A stretch of DNA of 57,517 nt from Chiloscyllium plagiosum. Its lineage: Eukaryota. The position numbers and the translations under genes were made by a program. Shown here piece after piece: positions 1 through 12,935 of the stretch (the first letter of the stretch is position 1; the number at the start of each line of letters is the position of its first letter). The DNA is taken from contig NC_057719.1 in NCBI RefSeq assembly GCF_004010195.1, positions 1,619,761-1,677,277 on the forward strand, in the 5' to 3' direction. Below the pieces are notes generated by a model. The model saw only the letters and a program-made list of their open reading frames with translations. It did not search any database and was not told the DNA's origin.

Positions 1-864
1 GCTTCTTCGCCTCGTCGAATGCCTTCCTCTTTCGGACCAGAGCTGGGGAAAAGTCCTGGAATAACATGATCTTGGATCCTTTATAGATCATGGCTTGGGA
101 ATCTTTTCCAAGATTTCTAGAAGCTTCTAGGAGTATCTGCCTCTCCCTATAGCTCTGCAGCCGGAACAGGACTGGGCGGGGGCGCTGGTTCGAGCCAGGC
201 CCGCGTATTGCAATCCGGTAGGCACATTCCACTCTTACCTGGCCTGATCCAGCCTCCAGATTTAAAAGCTGTGGCAGCCACTGCTCGAGAAACACTGTAA
301 GCTGGCCTTCCTCTTCCCGTTCGGGAAGGCCCAGCAAACAAATATTTTTTCGACGACCTCGATTATCGAGGTCATCAATATGATTCTCTAACGGCCGATT
401 GCGCTGTGGTTTCGGACGTCGCGGCCTTTAGCTCCGCCCCTCTGACTCGGCGCTCAATTTCTTTAATGTCTCGGTCGTGCTTTTGCAACGCGGCCGAGAG
501 TGAGTCCCATCGACTTTGGGATTCTTCAATGAAAGCGTCGCTCTTCGCATCCAGTTTGGAGATCATCTCCACAAGGCTTGCCACTGTAGGTAAGTCCCCC
601 GGGGCGGCTGTGGACGCCTCTACTGCAGCTCGAGAGGGTGGAGGAGGGGTTCCTGCTTGTTAAGAGCTGCGGGCTCCCTTCCCTTTAGTCATTTTTACTA
701 AAGATTAGATTGTTTAAATTTAATACTAAGCAACTAATTAAATTGAACAGCTATTTTAAATGATTTGGTGAGTGTGGTGGGGGTGGGTGGCCCACTTTGC
801 CCAAGTCTTGGGAGGAGCACTGTAGACTCAGACTTGCTGGGTCGCCGCCATCTTGGATCCCCTC
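1..864 (-). mobile_element. LINE-1-clade element, intact 5' end with 5'UTR and disrupted ORF1; continues off the left edge
   Basis: Minus strand begins GAGGGGATCCAAGATGGCGG. ORF1 from ATG at 692 reads MTKGKGARSS*... then a coiled coil, a frameshift near 390, then LENHIDDLDNRGRRKNICLLGLPE...RPRPVLFRL...YKGSKIMLFQDFSPALVRKRKAF (L1 ORF1p RRM/CTD motifs). CpG-rich. Confidence 0.88.
845..855 (-). promoter_or_regulatory. YY1-type motif at the L1 5' end (internal Pol II promoter element)
   Basis: CCGCCATCTTG on + strand (CAAGATGGCGG on -), about 10 nt from the element 5' end, the same position as the YY1 site in mammalian L1. Confidence 0.7.
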
Positions 865-879
865 TTAGTTGTTTTTAAT

Positions 880-1520
880 AGCTTTCCCAGGCTAATGGAT
901 AGTAAACATTGCTGCCAGGGTGTGCTGAAACTCAAGGGGAGTCAGTGTTCAAGGTGATGAATAGAGGTTAAGCCGACTGTTTTGTCCTGAATGGTATTGA
1001 ACATCTTGAGCACAGGAGCAGCACTCATCCAGGCAAGTGGAGAGTAGTTCATCACAGCACTAATCTATGTCTTGTAGATGGTGGACAGGGGAGATAGGGT
1101 GTGTCTTTTTTGCCACAGAATTTCTAGCTTCTGAGTACCTCTTGATGCCAGAGTATTTATATAGCTGATTCAGTTCAGTTTCTGGTCAGTGGTAATCCCC
1201 AGAATGTTAATCATGGAAGATTCTGTGATGGTAATACCACCATCAAGAAGCGATGGTTAGATTATGTCTCATTTGAGATGGTCATCACTTTGCACTTCTA
1301 CAGGGTGCGTGTTAATTGCCAGTTTCAACCTAAGTCTGAATATTGTCCACATTTTAGGATGTACGAGCATGGACTGCTTCAGGACCTCGAATTTGTGAAT
1401 GATGCTGAACATTGTGAAGTTGTCACCTCTCACCTTGTATAGGAGGGGAGATCATTAATGAAGCAACTGAAGAAGGTTGGGTCCAGGAAATGACTCTGAG
1501 GAACTCCAACAACCATATCC
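880..1520 (-). mobile_element. Old CR1/L2-group LINE RT fragment
   Basis: Similar to the better-preserved copies at 3085-3640 and 4540-5010 (gcactcatccaggcaagtggagag..., gaagcaactgaagaaggttggg...). Confidence 0.6.
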
Positions 1521-2588
1521 TAGGATTTATTTGAAAAGAGTAGCAGAGTGATACTGACAGTGCATTCATTGTCCAGACACCCACAGAAAATTGACAGAGA
1601 CAGGAGTTCGAATTCCATCATGGCAGCACCTGGAATTTAAATACAAGGAATTAATAAATCTGGAACAAAGAACTAGTGTCAGGAATGGCACCGTGAAGCT
1701 ACCAGATTGTTGCAAAACCCCACCTAGTTCATTACTGTTCTTCAGGAAAAGAGAATCTGCTATCCTTATCCACAGGTGTATCTGGATCTGTGGTTGAGAG
1801 AAATTCAAGTACTCAAAAAAAAAAATTAAATTTGAAGCCTTCATAGAAAAGAGCTTTCGGATGCCCTAAGGTTGTAAAGAAAATTTATCATTTTGGGAAT
1901 GCAAGGCCAGCATGTATTGCCGATCATAATTTTGTGGTGAGATACTACCACACTGTCCTAATGGGATAGATTTTGACAGACCTAGCAGTTCAAGACTGGA
2001 TATGCGTAAGGCGCTCTGGGCTATTAGCAGCAGCAGAATTGTATTCAAATACAATCAGTAACTTCACAGCTTGGCAAATCTCCCACTTTATCATCATCAA
2101 GCCAAGCTTGCAAACTTGGTTCAATGAAGAATGCAGGAGGGTTTGCCAAGAGCAGCATCAGACCAACAAGCAATTGCATTGTCAATTCTCATGAAGCCAC
2201 AGTACATGCTAACTAGTATAGCAGTGTAGACTGAGCTAGACTGAGGATGAAATTGAATCTCTATAGTCTTTCCATTAGTGATGGAAGACCGGAAATTCAG
2301 GGAAGGAGAAGGCTACACATACATCCCCATCCTCAATGATGGAGGTCTTGGAATGTCAGTGCAAATCCTAGGGCTGGAGCATTTTCAACCACCCCCAGCC
2401 AGAAGCATTGAGTGGATATTCCATCCTAGTCTCCTCATGGAGACCCTGCAAACACAGATACCAAACTTTAGACCCAAAAATCCTAAGGAATTGCTGAAAA
2501 CACTCAGGTCTGGCAGCATTTGTGGAGAGAAAACAGCGTTAATATTTCCAGTGATCCATCTTCAGAACTGTTCTCCCCACAATCCACA

Positions 2589-2919
2589 TTCTTTTGTCAT
2601 TTTTTGGTATTATGCGACATGAGTCTAACAGTGTAAAAACTGGACAAAAAACCCCAAAGAACAGCAGATGCTGGAAATCTGGAACAAAAATAGAAGTGGC
2701 TGGAAAATCTCAGCAGGTCTGGCAACATCTGTGGAGAGAAAGCAGAGTTAACATTTCTAGTGACCCTTCCTCTCCACAGATGTTGCCAGACCCGCTGAGA
2801 TTTTCCAGCCATTTCTGTTTTTGTTTCAGATTTCCAGCATTTGTAGTTCTTTGGGTTTTTTTTGTCCAGTCTTTACACTATTTGACTTACGTTGCATGAT
2901 GCCGAGAAATGGTGAAAGA
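2589..2919. repeat. Inverted-repeat Penelope pLTR pair plus inverted copy of flanking DNA
   Basis: Arms ~2589-2738 and ~2770-2919 are reverse complements; the core is gatgctggaaatct...cagcaggtctggcaacatctgtggagag. Confidence 0.75.
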
Positions 2920-3084
2920 AACAGGCCACACCCCTAGCCAAGATGTTCCGGTCCAGCTACAACTAAAAACATTGTCTAACTGATAAAGTGGAACATTTCC
3001 CAGGTATATCTATCTACAAGAAAAATCTAGCTCATTACCAACTCCATCAGTCAATTTTTAATTATCAATAAAATGTTATTTTTA

Positions 3085-3640
3085 TTCTGTTTTGTAATGT
3101 GGGCATTGCTAGCTGGGCCAGCATTTATTGCCCGTCCTGAGTTGCCCCTTGAAAAGGCGGGGGTTAGCTGCCTTCTTGAACCGCTGCAGTCCACCTGCTG
3201 TGGGTTGACCCACAATGCCCTGAGGGAGGGAATTCCAGGATTCTGACCCAGTGACAGTGAAGGAATGGAGATATATCCAAGTCAGGATGGTGAGTGGCTT
3301 GAAGGGGAACTTGCAGGAGATGGTGTTCCCATTTATCTGCTGCCTTTGTCCTTCTAGATGGAAGTGGTCATGGGTTTGGAAGGTGCTGTCGGAAGATCTT
3401 TGGTGAATTTCTGAAGTGAACCTTCTCGATAGTGCACGCTGCTGCTACTGAGTGTCGGTGGTGGAAGGAGTTGATGTTTGTGGATGTGGTACCAATCAAG
3501 CAGCTGCTTTGGCCTGGATGGTGTCAAGCTCCTTGAATGTTGTTGGAGCTGCCCCCATCCAGGCAAGTGGGGAGGATTCTATCACACTCCTGACTTGTGT
3601 CTTGTTGATGGTGGACAGACTTTGGGGAGTCAGGAGCCCA
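3085..3640 (-). mobile_element. CR1/L2-group LINE 3' fragment
   Basis: Family 3' end gggcattgctagctgggccagcatttattgccc recurs at ~17010, ~36205 and ~53835. Confidence 0.7.
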
Positions 3641-4295
3641 CATCAACTCTAGCCTCCCAGCCAGCCGCGATCTGATAAAACAGGTCCACAGTGGACACCA
3701 TTTCCCTAGCCCTGCACTCATCCCTGCGACATCTGGATTATGAAGATACCTGCGTCAGGCTCCTGCTTTTCAACTACAGTTTCGCCTTAAACACTATGAT
3801 CCCGTCCAGACTGATCTCAACACTCTGAGATCTAGGTCTTGACTCCACCCTCTGCAACTGGATCCTCAGCTTCCTGATCCCCAGCCCACAATCAATGAAT
3901 AAAGACAACTGCACCTCCTCCACAATAATCCTCAACACTGGCATCCTACAAGAATGTGTACTCGGACCCATACTATTCTCCTCCTACGCCCAGAACTGTG
4001 TAACCATATTCCGAATGACAGCTGATGACACCACTGTGATAGGCCGGATATCAAACAATGATGTATCAGAATACAGGAAGGAGATGGGGTGCTTGGTGTC
4101 ATGGTGAGATGATAACCATCTCTCTCCTCGATGTTAGCAAAATTAAAGAACTGATGGTCGATTGCAGGAAGAAAGGAGGGGACACACCTCCACCTACATC
4201 AATGAAGCTGAAGGGAAAAGGGTCAACAGCATCAAGTTCCCAGGAATGACGATCACCAGCAATTTGTCCTGGACCTCCCACATAGATGCGATGTT
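3640..4295 (+). mobile_element. Rex1/Babar-clade LINE RT fragment
   Basis: Reads NRSTVDTISLALHSSLRHLD...LCNWILSFL...LNTGILQECVLGPILFS...ADDTTVIGRISNND, typical of Rex1-type RT. Confidence 0.75.
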
Positions 4296-4309
4296 CAAAA
4301 ATAAAAATT

Positions 4310-4512
4310 GACCAAAAACAGAAGTTATTTGAAAAGCTCAGTATGTCTGGCAGGACCTGTGAAAAGAAATCTTAGTTAACGTTTCGGGTTCCTCAAAACA
4401 AAGGGTCACGGGACCCAAAACATTAACTCTTATTTCTCTTTACAGATGCTGCCACAGACCTGCTGAGCTTTTCCAGCAGCTTCAGTTTTTGCTCCTGATT
4501 TACAGCATCCGA
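4310..4512. mobile_element. Old inverted Penelope pLTR pair
   Basis: gaaaagctcag..gtctggcag...gttaacgtttcggg is mirrored by gggtcacgggacccaaaacattaac...gacctgctgagcttttccagc; contains a degenerate hammerhead stem II (GGGTC..GACCC). Confidence 0.6.
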
Positions 4513-4539
4513 TTATATTCGATCGATTCTTTTGGTTTT

Positions 4540-5010
4540 TATTGTCTAGATCTTGTTGCATTTGAACATGAGGATGGTCAATGGTGACATTTAGATGATG
4601 AAAACATTACTTGCCACTTTTCAGTCCCAAACCTGGATATTGTCAAGGTCTTGCAGTATTTGGACAGATAATCCTTCAGTGTCTGAGGAGTCGCGAATGG
4701 TGCTGAACACTGTGCAGTCATCAGCAAACACACTTCTGACCTTACGATGGAGGGAAAGTCATTGATGAAGCAGCTGAAGATGGTTGGGCCTAGAACACTA
4801 CCCTGAGGGACTCCTGCTGAGATGTCCTGGAGCTGAGATGATTGACCTCCAACAACCACAACCATCTCCCGATGTGTCAGGTATGACTTCAACCACTAGA
4901 GAGTTTTCCCCCTGGCACCCATTAATTCTAGTTTTGCCAGGGCTCTTTGATGCCACATTCAATGCAGTCTTGATGTCAAGGGCTGTCACTCTCACCTCAC
5001 CACTGGAAAG
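4540..5010 (-). mobile_element. CR1/L2-group LINE RT core fragment
   Basis: ORF 4578-4892: GVPQGSVLGPTIFSCFIND...EKWQVMFSSSKC; upstream VTALDIKTA. Confidence 0.8.
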
Positions 5011-5719
5011 GATGAATGTTGACTTCGACAATGCTATCAAACAGCACTTACCTAGCAATAACGTGTTCACTGATGCTCAGTTTGCTCCAGACCTCACTGG
5101 TATCTTGGACAAAAGAGCTATTGTTAATAAGACTCTGGCACGTATACTGGTGTTTGGAACTAGCTTTGTGGTTCTTGTGTTTTTCCATAATAAAACACAG
5201 ATGGAAGAAAGAACTTGAATTTATATGTCTCCTTATCGTTCTCAGAATGTGCCTATAGCTTCATTGCCAAGGGATTATTTTTGAAGTGTTTTTGGTTGAG
5301 AGAAGTTGGTCAGGACTTCAGGAAACATCCTGCTGCTCTTTAATTGCTGCTGTTCAATCTTTTCACACTTTCCTTAATAGTCGAGCGATGCTCAGCATTA
5401 ACACTGCCTCCAAAAGGCGACAGTTCCTCATTACTGCACTTCAGTGTCAACTCGCATTACGTGTTCAAGCTCTGGAATGAATCTAAGCTAAGAATGTTAC
5501 CACTGTGTATTTTAATCAACGAGATAGCCTAATCCCTATTGAAGCTTTCCTGTTACCACCTGACTGCAGTCAGATATCTCTGCGTGCACTGAAGCCTTTC
5601 TGCCACTTGTACCATGATACCAAAGTGTGAGCTGGCAGGGTCAAGACCAAGAAGCAGATATAGGCCATTCAGCTCATCAAATCTGCTTTTCCATTCAGTG
5701 AGTTGGCTGATCAGATAAT

Positions 5720-7645
5720 CACAGAATCATAGATTTTTAGTGATATACAGCATGGAAACAGACCCTTTGGTCCAACTCGTCCATGCCGACCAGATTACCT
5801 AACTTAATCTAGTCTCTTTTGCCAGCACTTGGCCTCTCAACCCTTCCTATATCCCTCTAAACCCTTCCTATTCATATACCCATCCAGATGACTTTTAAAT
5901 GTTGCAATCATACTAGCCGCCACCACTTCCTCTAACAGCTCATTCCATACATGCACCACCCTCTGTATGAAAACATTGCCCCTTAGGTCTCTTTTATACC
6001 TTTCCCCTCTCACCCTAAACCTATGCCCCCTAGTTCTGGACTCCCCCATCCCAGGAAAAAGGCCTTGTCTATTTATCCTATCCATGCTCCTCATGATTTT
6101 ATAAACTCGATAAGGTCACCCCTCAGCCTCCGACGCTCCAGGGAAAACACCCCAGCCTATTCAGCTTCTCCGTATAGCTCAAACCCTCCAACCCTGGCAA
6201 CATGCTTGTAGATATTTTCTGAGCCCTCTCATGTTTCACAACATTCTTCTGATAGGAAGGAGACCAGAATTGCAAGCAATATTCCAAAAGTGGCCAGACC
6301 AATGTGCTTTACAGCTGCAACATGACCTCCCAACTCCTCTAATCAATGCTCTGACCAATCAAGAAAGCGTACCAAACACTACCTTCACTATCCTATTTAC
6401 CTGCGAATCTTCTTTCAAGGAACAATGAATCAGAACTCCAATGTCTCTTTGTTCACCATGACCAAGTGTATAAGTCCTGCTCTGACTTGCTTTTCCAAAA
6501 TGCAGCACCTCGCATTTCATAGAGTCATAGAATCACAGAGATGCACAGCATGGAAACAGACCCTTCAATCCAACCTGTCCATGCCGACCAGATATCCCAA
6601 CCCAATCTAGTCCCACCTGTCAGCACCCGGCCCATATGCCTCCAAATCCTTCGTATTCATGTACCCATCCAAATGCCTTTTAAATGTTGCAATTCTACCA
6701 GCCTCCACCACTTCCTCTGGCAGCTCATTCCATACAAGTACCACCCTCTGTGTGGAAAAAGTTGCCCCTTAGGTCCCTTCTATATCTTTCCCCTCTCACC
6801 CTAAACCTATGCCCTCTAGTTCTGGATTCCCCCACCCCAGGGAAAAGATTTTGTCTATTTACCCTATCCATGCCCCTCATAATTTTGTAAACCTCTATAA
6901 GGTCACTCCTCAGCCTCTGCGCTCCAGGGAAATCAGCCCAGCTGTTCAGCCTCTACCTATAGCTCAAATCCTCCAACCCTGGCAATGTCCTTGTAAGTCT
7001 TTCCTGAACCCTTTCAAGTTTCACAATATCTTACCGATAGGAAGGAGACCAGAATTGCACGCAATATTCCAACAGTGGCCTAACCAATGTCCTGTACAGT
7101 CGCAACATGACCTCCCAACTCCTGTACTCAATACTCTGAAAAATAAAAGAAAGCATACCAAATGCCGCCTTCACTTTCCTATCTACCTGCGACTCCACTT
7201 TCAAGGAGCTATGAACCTGCATTCCAAGGTCTATTTGTTCAGCAACACTCCCGAGGACCTTACCATTAAGTGTATAAGTCCTGCTAAGATTTGATTTCCC
7301 AAAATGCAGCACCTCGCATTTATCTGAATTAAACTCCATCTGCCACTTCTCAGCCCATTGGCCCATCTGGTCCAGATCCTGTTGTAATCTGAGGTAACCC
7401 TCTCAAAAAAAAAGCCTCCATCACCACCCTCTGTCTTCTACCTTTGAGCCAGTTTTGTATCCAAATGGCTAGTTCTCCCTGTATTCTGTGAGATCTAACC
7501 TTGCTAATCAGTCTCCCATGGGGAATCTTGTTGAACGCCTTACTGAAGTCCATATAGATCACATCTACTGCTCTGCCCTCATCAATCCTCTTTGTTACTT
7601 CATCAAAAAACTCAATCTAGTTTGTGAGACATGATTTCCCACGCC
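5720..7645 (-). mobile_element. Two head-to-tail HER1/CR1 LINE 3' fragments (5720-6516 and 6517-7645)
   Basis: RT motifs MDFSKAFNKIPH, WQMEFNSDKC, LYRTLVRPLLEYCVQFWSP, ESRTRGHRFRVRG; (catagagt)n 3' tails at ~5720 and ~6517. Confidence 0.9.
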
Positions 7646-9669
7646 CTCAGCTCCATTTCCTTGTATTTTCCACCTAACCCTTGATGCCCTTACTGATCAC
7701 AGATCTGTCCATCTCAGCCTTGAAATACTTAATTACCCAGTCTCAATTACTCCCTGTGGGAAAGAATACCACAGAATCCCTCCCCCTGAGGGAAGAAATT
7801 CCTCCTCAGATTATGCCCACTGGTGTTATACTCTCCCGCAAGGGAGACATGCTGAAGAAGTGTCAATGGATCTTAAATATTCACTCTCCACAGATGCTGC
7901 CAAACCTCCTGAGTTTGTTTCAGCAATTTATGTTTTTGTTTTGGATTTCCAGTATCTGCAGTTCTTTCTTTTTTGTTGAGGGAAACAATCTGTCCTTGTC
8001 TACCCTGTCAAGTCCCCTAAGAATCTTGAATGTTTCAGTAAGGTCACCTCTGGGGGCTTACCCATGGTGCTTTCCACTGAAAACTTGCAGAAGCTAGTTA
8101 ATTTCACCAGCCTTGATAAAACAACGTCCTCTGAATATTACCCAACAATTTAAAGCTGCTATCAAAGTCATGACCTTTCACCAGTTGTTGACCATTTTGT
8201 TCACCTTACTGATTTTGATTTTTGTTTTAGTTCAATCTTCTCAGATGGTTCAGCTCCATTGTATTCCCTGATGCAGTGCTGAACTATACCAACCTGGGAA
8301 TCCAGCTGTTTTAAAGTGCATCCCTGGCCAGGCCAGCATTTATCACCTTTCCCTGATTGCCCAGAGTCAACATTGCTGTGGCTCAGGAGTCACATGTAGG
8401 TCAGACAAGGTAAAGGCAGCAGTTTCTTTTTTCCTGACAATTCACAATGGTTTTGTGGTCATCATTAAACTCTTAAGTACAGATTATAATTCAGATTCCA
8501 CCATCTGCCATCTCTTGGGTCCATTACCTAAGTCTCTGCGTCTGGAGATTATTCCACCAGGTCAGTATCTTCAATTGTCAGTTTGTTGATGTATATTAGT
8601 AAGTTGGCATGTACGTTTGTCAGGTGAGGGCGGATTTAGGATGTTATTAGCTTTGATGGTTCTCATAGTCCAACAGAGCCTGTTGGCTGTTGCTGTTTGG
8701 GTATAGTTAGAAAGAATGACTATCTAAATGACATATAGCCTGATGTCAGTAGAACTTAGCAGGAGTTTAATGACACTTCCTGATGAACAGCTTATGATTG
8801 AAAAGTTAATTCTCCTGCTCCTTGGATGCTACCTGACCGGCTGTGCTTTTTCAGCACCACACTCTCGACGGGGGTTTAATGACTTCAAGTACAGGGCTAG
8901 GGATTGGACCATGAGGAAGAAGCATCAGCCAAAATTTGAAGGTTGGGGAGAAATAATGTGAGAGATGGGTATTTAATATTTAAAATGTTATCAAGATAGG
9001 AAATGCTGGAAATACTCACCAGCTCTGGCAATGTCTATGGAGAGAGAAACACAATTAAGTTTTCATGTCAATGACCTTTCACCAGAACATGCTTTGCTCT
9101 TAAGTGTTTTGCTGCTTGTTGACTCATTTGAATTTTCAGTCCCATTTCAGAAGCTGCACTTACTGCATAATTATTCATGTTGCAACTACCACTGCCACTA
9201 TTTACTGGGTGTTTATCATTTAGCTGTCTTGTTAATGTGCAGTTTGATGTAAGCTCTACTATTGCGACAGTGTGTGTGTGAGAGATACTGCTTAGAATCC
9301 AGCACACAGCTCAGAATCTGCATTGCAGGGTCATGAAAATAGCTGATCAAATGTAACACGTTTCTGTGCTTATTTTGACAGTTGAGTGCAAATGATGCCG
9401 TATTGATTTAACAATATTAGGAGGAATATTAGGTCTGAAATTGATATACAATAGCTCGTGCTTTCCCGCTATCTCTCACAAAAGTATGAGTTTGCAATCT
9501 CTTGCTTTCATCTCCAGCTAATCTCCAGCTAATCCCCAATGAAATTATTTCTGCCCCAGAAACAGTTTGGTATAGTAAACAGCTGGTGTGAAAATTGTTC
9601 TTATAATCTCATTTCCATTACTATATTGGGGCTGTTTTCAGTAAAATAGTTTCCAACACATTGTCATAT

Positions 9670-10420
9670 GCAATAGAATTCAGTCTGCTCCATCATTCAG
9701 TAAGACATTGGTGATCTACTTGTATTTTGAATTCCAAATCTATTTTGATAATCTTTTATTCCTTTCCATAACGAGAATCTATCCACCTCTGCCTTAAAAA
9801 TAATTAGTGATCCTGCCACATTGTGAAGCAGAAAGTTCCAAATTCTTTCATCCTTCTGAGAGGAAAAAAAAGACACCTATTTCTGTCCTGAAAAGGCAAG
9901 CCCCAACTGTGCCCTCTAGTTCTGAACCAATCCACAAGAGGAAACATTATTCCCCGTTCACTTTGTTAGCACCATTCAGGAAGTTATACAGTTCAATCAA
10001 GTCAACTCTCACTCTTCTGAAATTCAGTGTAAGCAAGCTCCGTCTGTCCTAAGAGAACCCACTCATTTCAGGTATTGATCCAGTAAACCTCCTTTGAACC
10101 ATCTCCAATGCATTTTCATCGTTCTGTAAATAAGGAGAGTGAAACTGCACACAGTTCAGGTATTTGAGATATGCTGTCTCCAATGCCCTGTGAATGAAGC
10201 ATAACAAACTTACTTTCATGTTCAATTACTCCTGTAATAAAGGGTAGGATCCCAGAGCTGCCTTCATTATGTGCTGGACCTACATCCTAACTTTTTACAC
10301 CAAAATCCCTCTGCATTTTGGATTTCCACAGGCATTCTCTGTTTCAGTAATGCTGTTTGTTTTTAATTCTTCCTGCCAAAGTGAACAAGTTCACATTTTT
10401 CCACATTATATGTGGTCACT
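9670..10420 (-). mobile_element. Old CR1 3' fragment
   Basis: Degenerate CR1 3' region (gccctctagttct..., gtaaacctcctttgaacc..tccaatgc, aaactgcacacag). Confidence 0.55.
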
Positions 10421-10664
10421 TGACATATCTTTATTTGTGTGCAGCCTCCTTTTCCTTATGTATAGTTAAGGCTGAGATACGTTCTTCATCAGTAGGGGAG
10501 GCAAGTGTTGTAGTGAAGACACAAGTATGTGCCTGTGAGAAACGTTGGATCAGCCACGATTCTGTTGGATAGCACAGAGGCCTTGAAGGGCTGAATAATG
10601 TACTCCTGTTCCTATTTCTTACGTCTTCTTCACAACATGTTTAAACCTTTCAATCATACTCTGC

Positions 10665-12935
10665 TGTTAGGAGCAAGGTATTGGGATGAATGGAGGATTG
10701 GCTGATTGGCAGATAAAGGGATTTTTTTCAGGATGGCAGCCAGTGACTAGTGGAGTTCCATAGGGGTCCATGTTGGGACCACAACTATTTATGTTATACA
10801 GTAACAATCTGGACAAAGGAACTGAGAGCATTGTTGTTAAGTTTGCAGATAAGTGGAGGGTCAGGTAGTGTTGAGGACATTGGAGGAGCTGCAGAAGGAC
10901 TTAGACAGGCTAGGAGAATGGGTAAAGAAGTGGTAGATGGAATACATTGTGAGAAAGTGTGAGATTATACATTTTAGTAGGAAGAAGAGAGGCATAAGCT
11001 ATTTTCTAAATGGAGAAAGACTTTGGAAATCTGAAGGACAAGGGAATTTGCAGTCCTAGTTCATGATTCTCAAAATTCACATAAGACCGTGGGTGGCACG
11101 GTGGCACAGTGGTTAGCACTGTTGCCTTACAGCGCCAGAGACCCGGGTTCAATTCCCGCCTCAGGCGACTGACTGTGTGGAGTTTGCACGTTCTCCCCGT
11201 GTCTCCGCGGGTTTCTTCTGGGTGCTCCGGTTTCCTCCCACGGTCCAAAGATGTGCAAGTTAGGTGAATTGGCCATGCTAAATTGCCTGTAGTGTTAGGT
11301 AAGGGGTAAATGTAGGGGTATGGGTGGGTTGCGCTTCAGCGGGTCGGTGTGGACTTGTTGGGCCCAAGGGCCTGTTTACACACTGTAATGTAATCTAAAA
11401 AATAACACATATAAGCAGAAATGAGGCCATTCTGCCCATTGAGTCTGTTCCACCATTCAATCACGGCTTGATACATTTCTCAACCCCATTCTCCCAATTT
11501 CTCCCCATAACCCTTGATCCCCTTGATAGTTACGAACCTAACTATCTCAGTCTTAAATATACTCAATGACCTGGCCTCCATAGCCTTCGGTTGCAATGAA
11601 CTCCATAGATTCACCACTCTTTGGCTGAAGAAGTTTCTCCTTCTCTCCTTTGTAAAAGATGTTCCCTTTACCCTAAGGCTGTGCCCTTGGGTCCTAGTCT
11701 TTCCTGCCAATGGAAACATCTTTCCAACACCTACTCTACCCAGACCTTTCAGTATTCTGTATGTTTCAATTCGATCGCTCCCCCCCCCCCCCTCCCCCAT
11801 CCTTCTAAACTCCATAGAGTATAAACCTAGTGTCCTCAAACGTTCCTCATATGTTAAGCTTTTCATTCCTGGGACCATTCTCGTGAACCTCCTCTGAACA
11901 CGCTCCAAGGCCAGTATATCCTTCCTGAGATATGGGCCTCAAAACTGCACATAATACTCTAAATGTGGCCTGACCAGAGCCTTATAGAGCCTCAGATGTA
12001 CATTCCTGTTTTAATATTCAAGTCCTCTCAAAATCAACACCATCATTGCATTTGCTTTCCTAACTACTGACTCAACCTGCAAGTTTATCGTGAGGGGATC
12101 CAACTCCCAAGTCCCTTTGCACTTCAGAATTCTGAATTTTCTCCCCATTTAGAAAATAGTCCATGCTTCTATTCTTCCTACCAAAGTTCCTTACACTTTC
12201 CCACATTGTACTCCATCTGTCACTTCTTTGCCCACTCTCCTAACCTGTCCAAATGCTTCTGCAGTCTCCCTGTCTCTTGAATGCTACATGTCCCTCTACC
12301 TATCTTTATATTGCCTGAAAACTTGGAGGTTTAGTTGGCAGTTATGAGGACAAATGCAACGTTAGCATTCATTTCAAGAGGTCTAGAATGCAAGAGCAGA
12401 GATGTACTGCTGAGGCTGTATAATGCTCTGGTCAGACCACAGTTGGAATGTTGTGAGCAGTTTTGGGTCCCGTATCTAAGGATGGATGTGCTGGTCTTGG
12501 AGGGTATCCAGAGGAAGGTTACAAGAATAATCCCAGTGGTGAAGGGCTTGTCATATAAGCAGTGGTTGAGGACTCTGGGTCTGTACTTGATGGATTTTAG
12601 AAGGTTGAGGGGGGATCTGTCTGAAACTTTCAGAATACTGAGAGGCCTGGACAGAGTGGATGTGGAGAAGATTAGTAGTAGAGACTAGGACTTAAGGGCA
12701 CAGCTCAACAGTAAATATATGACCCTTTTGAACTGAGATGAGGATGAATTTCTTCAGCCAGAGGATGGGAGTCTGTGGCACTCGTTGCTGCAGAGGGCTG
12801 TGGAGGCCAAGTCATTGAGTGTACTTAAGATAGAAATAGGACCTTGATTGGTAAGGGGATCAAGGATTATGGAGTGAAGACAGGAGAATGCGATCTGGAA
12901 ACATATCTGCCATGATCGAATGGAAAAGTAGACTT
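10665..12935 (+). mobile_element. CR1 LINE (+) interrupted by a minus-strand CR1 (~11078-12325), itself carrying a SINE
   Basis: The + RT (gtgactagtggagttcc...gtcctagttcatgattc) resumes at ~12326 (aggtttagttggcagtt..., LRLYNALVRPQLECCEQFW). The inner minus copy encodes LERVQRRFTRMVPG...TRTQGHSLRVKG. Confidence 0.85.
11091..11398 (+). mobile_element. HE1-type tRNA-derived V-SINE, full length
   Basis: A box TGGCACAGTGG 11102-11112, B box GGTTCAATTCC 11146-11156, V-domain gtgtggagtttgcacgttctccccgtgtc..., and a LINE-like 3' tail gggcctgttt..cactgtaa. Confidence 0.9.

Noticed and set aside
11091..11165. tRNA-like sequence with A and B boxes
   Set aside because: It is the head of an HE1-type SINE that continues into the V-domain, not a tRNA gene.
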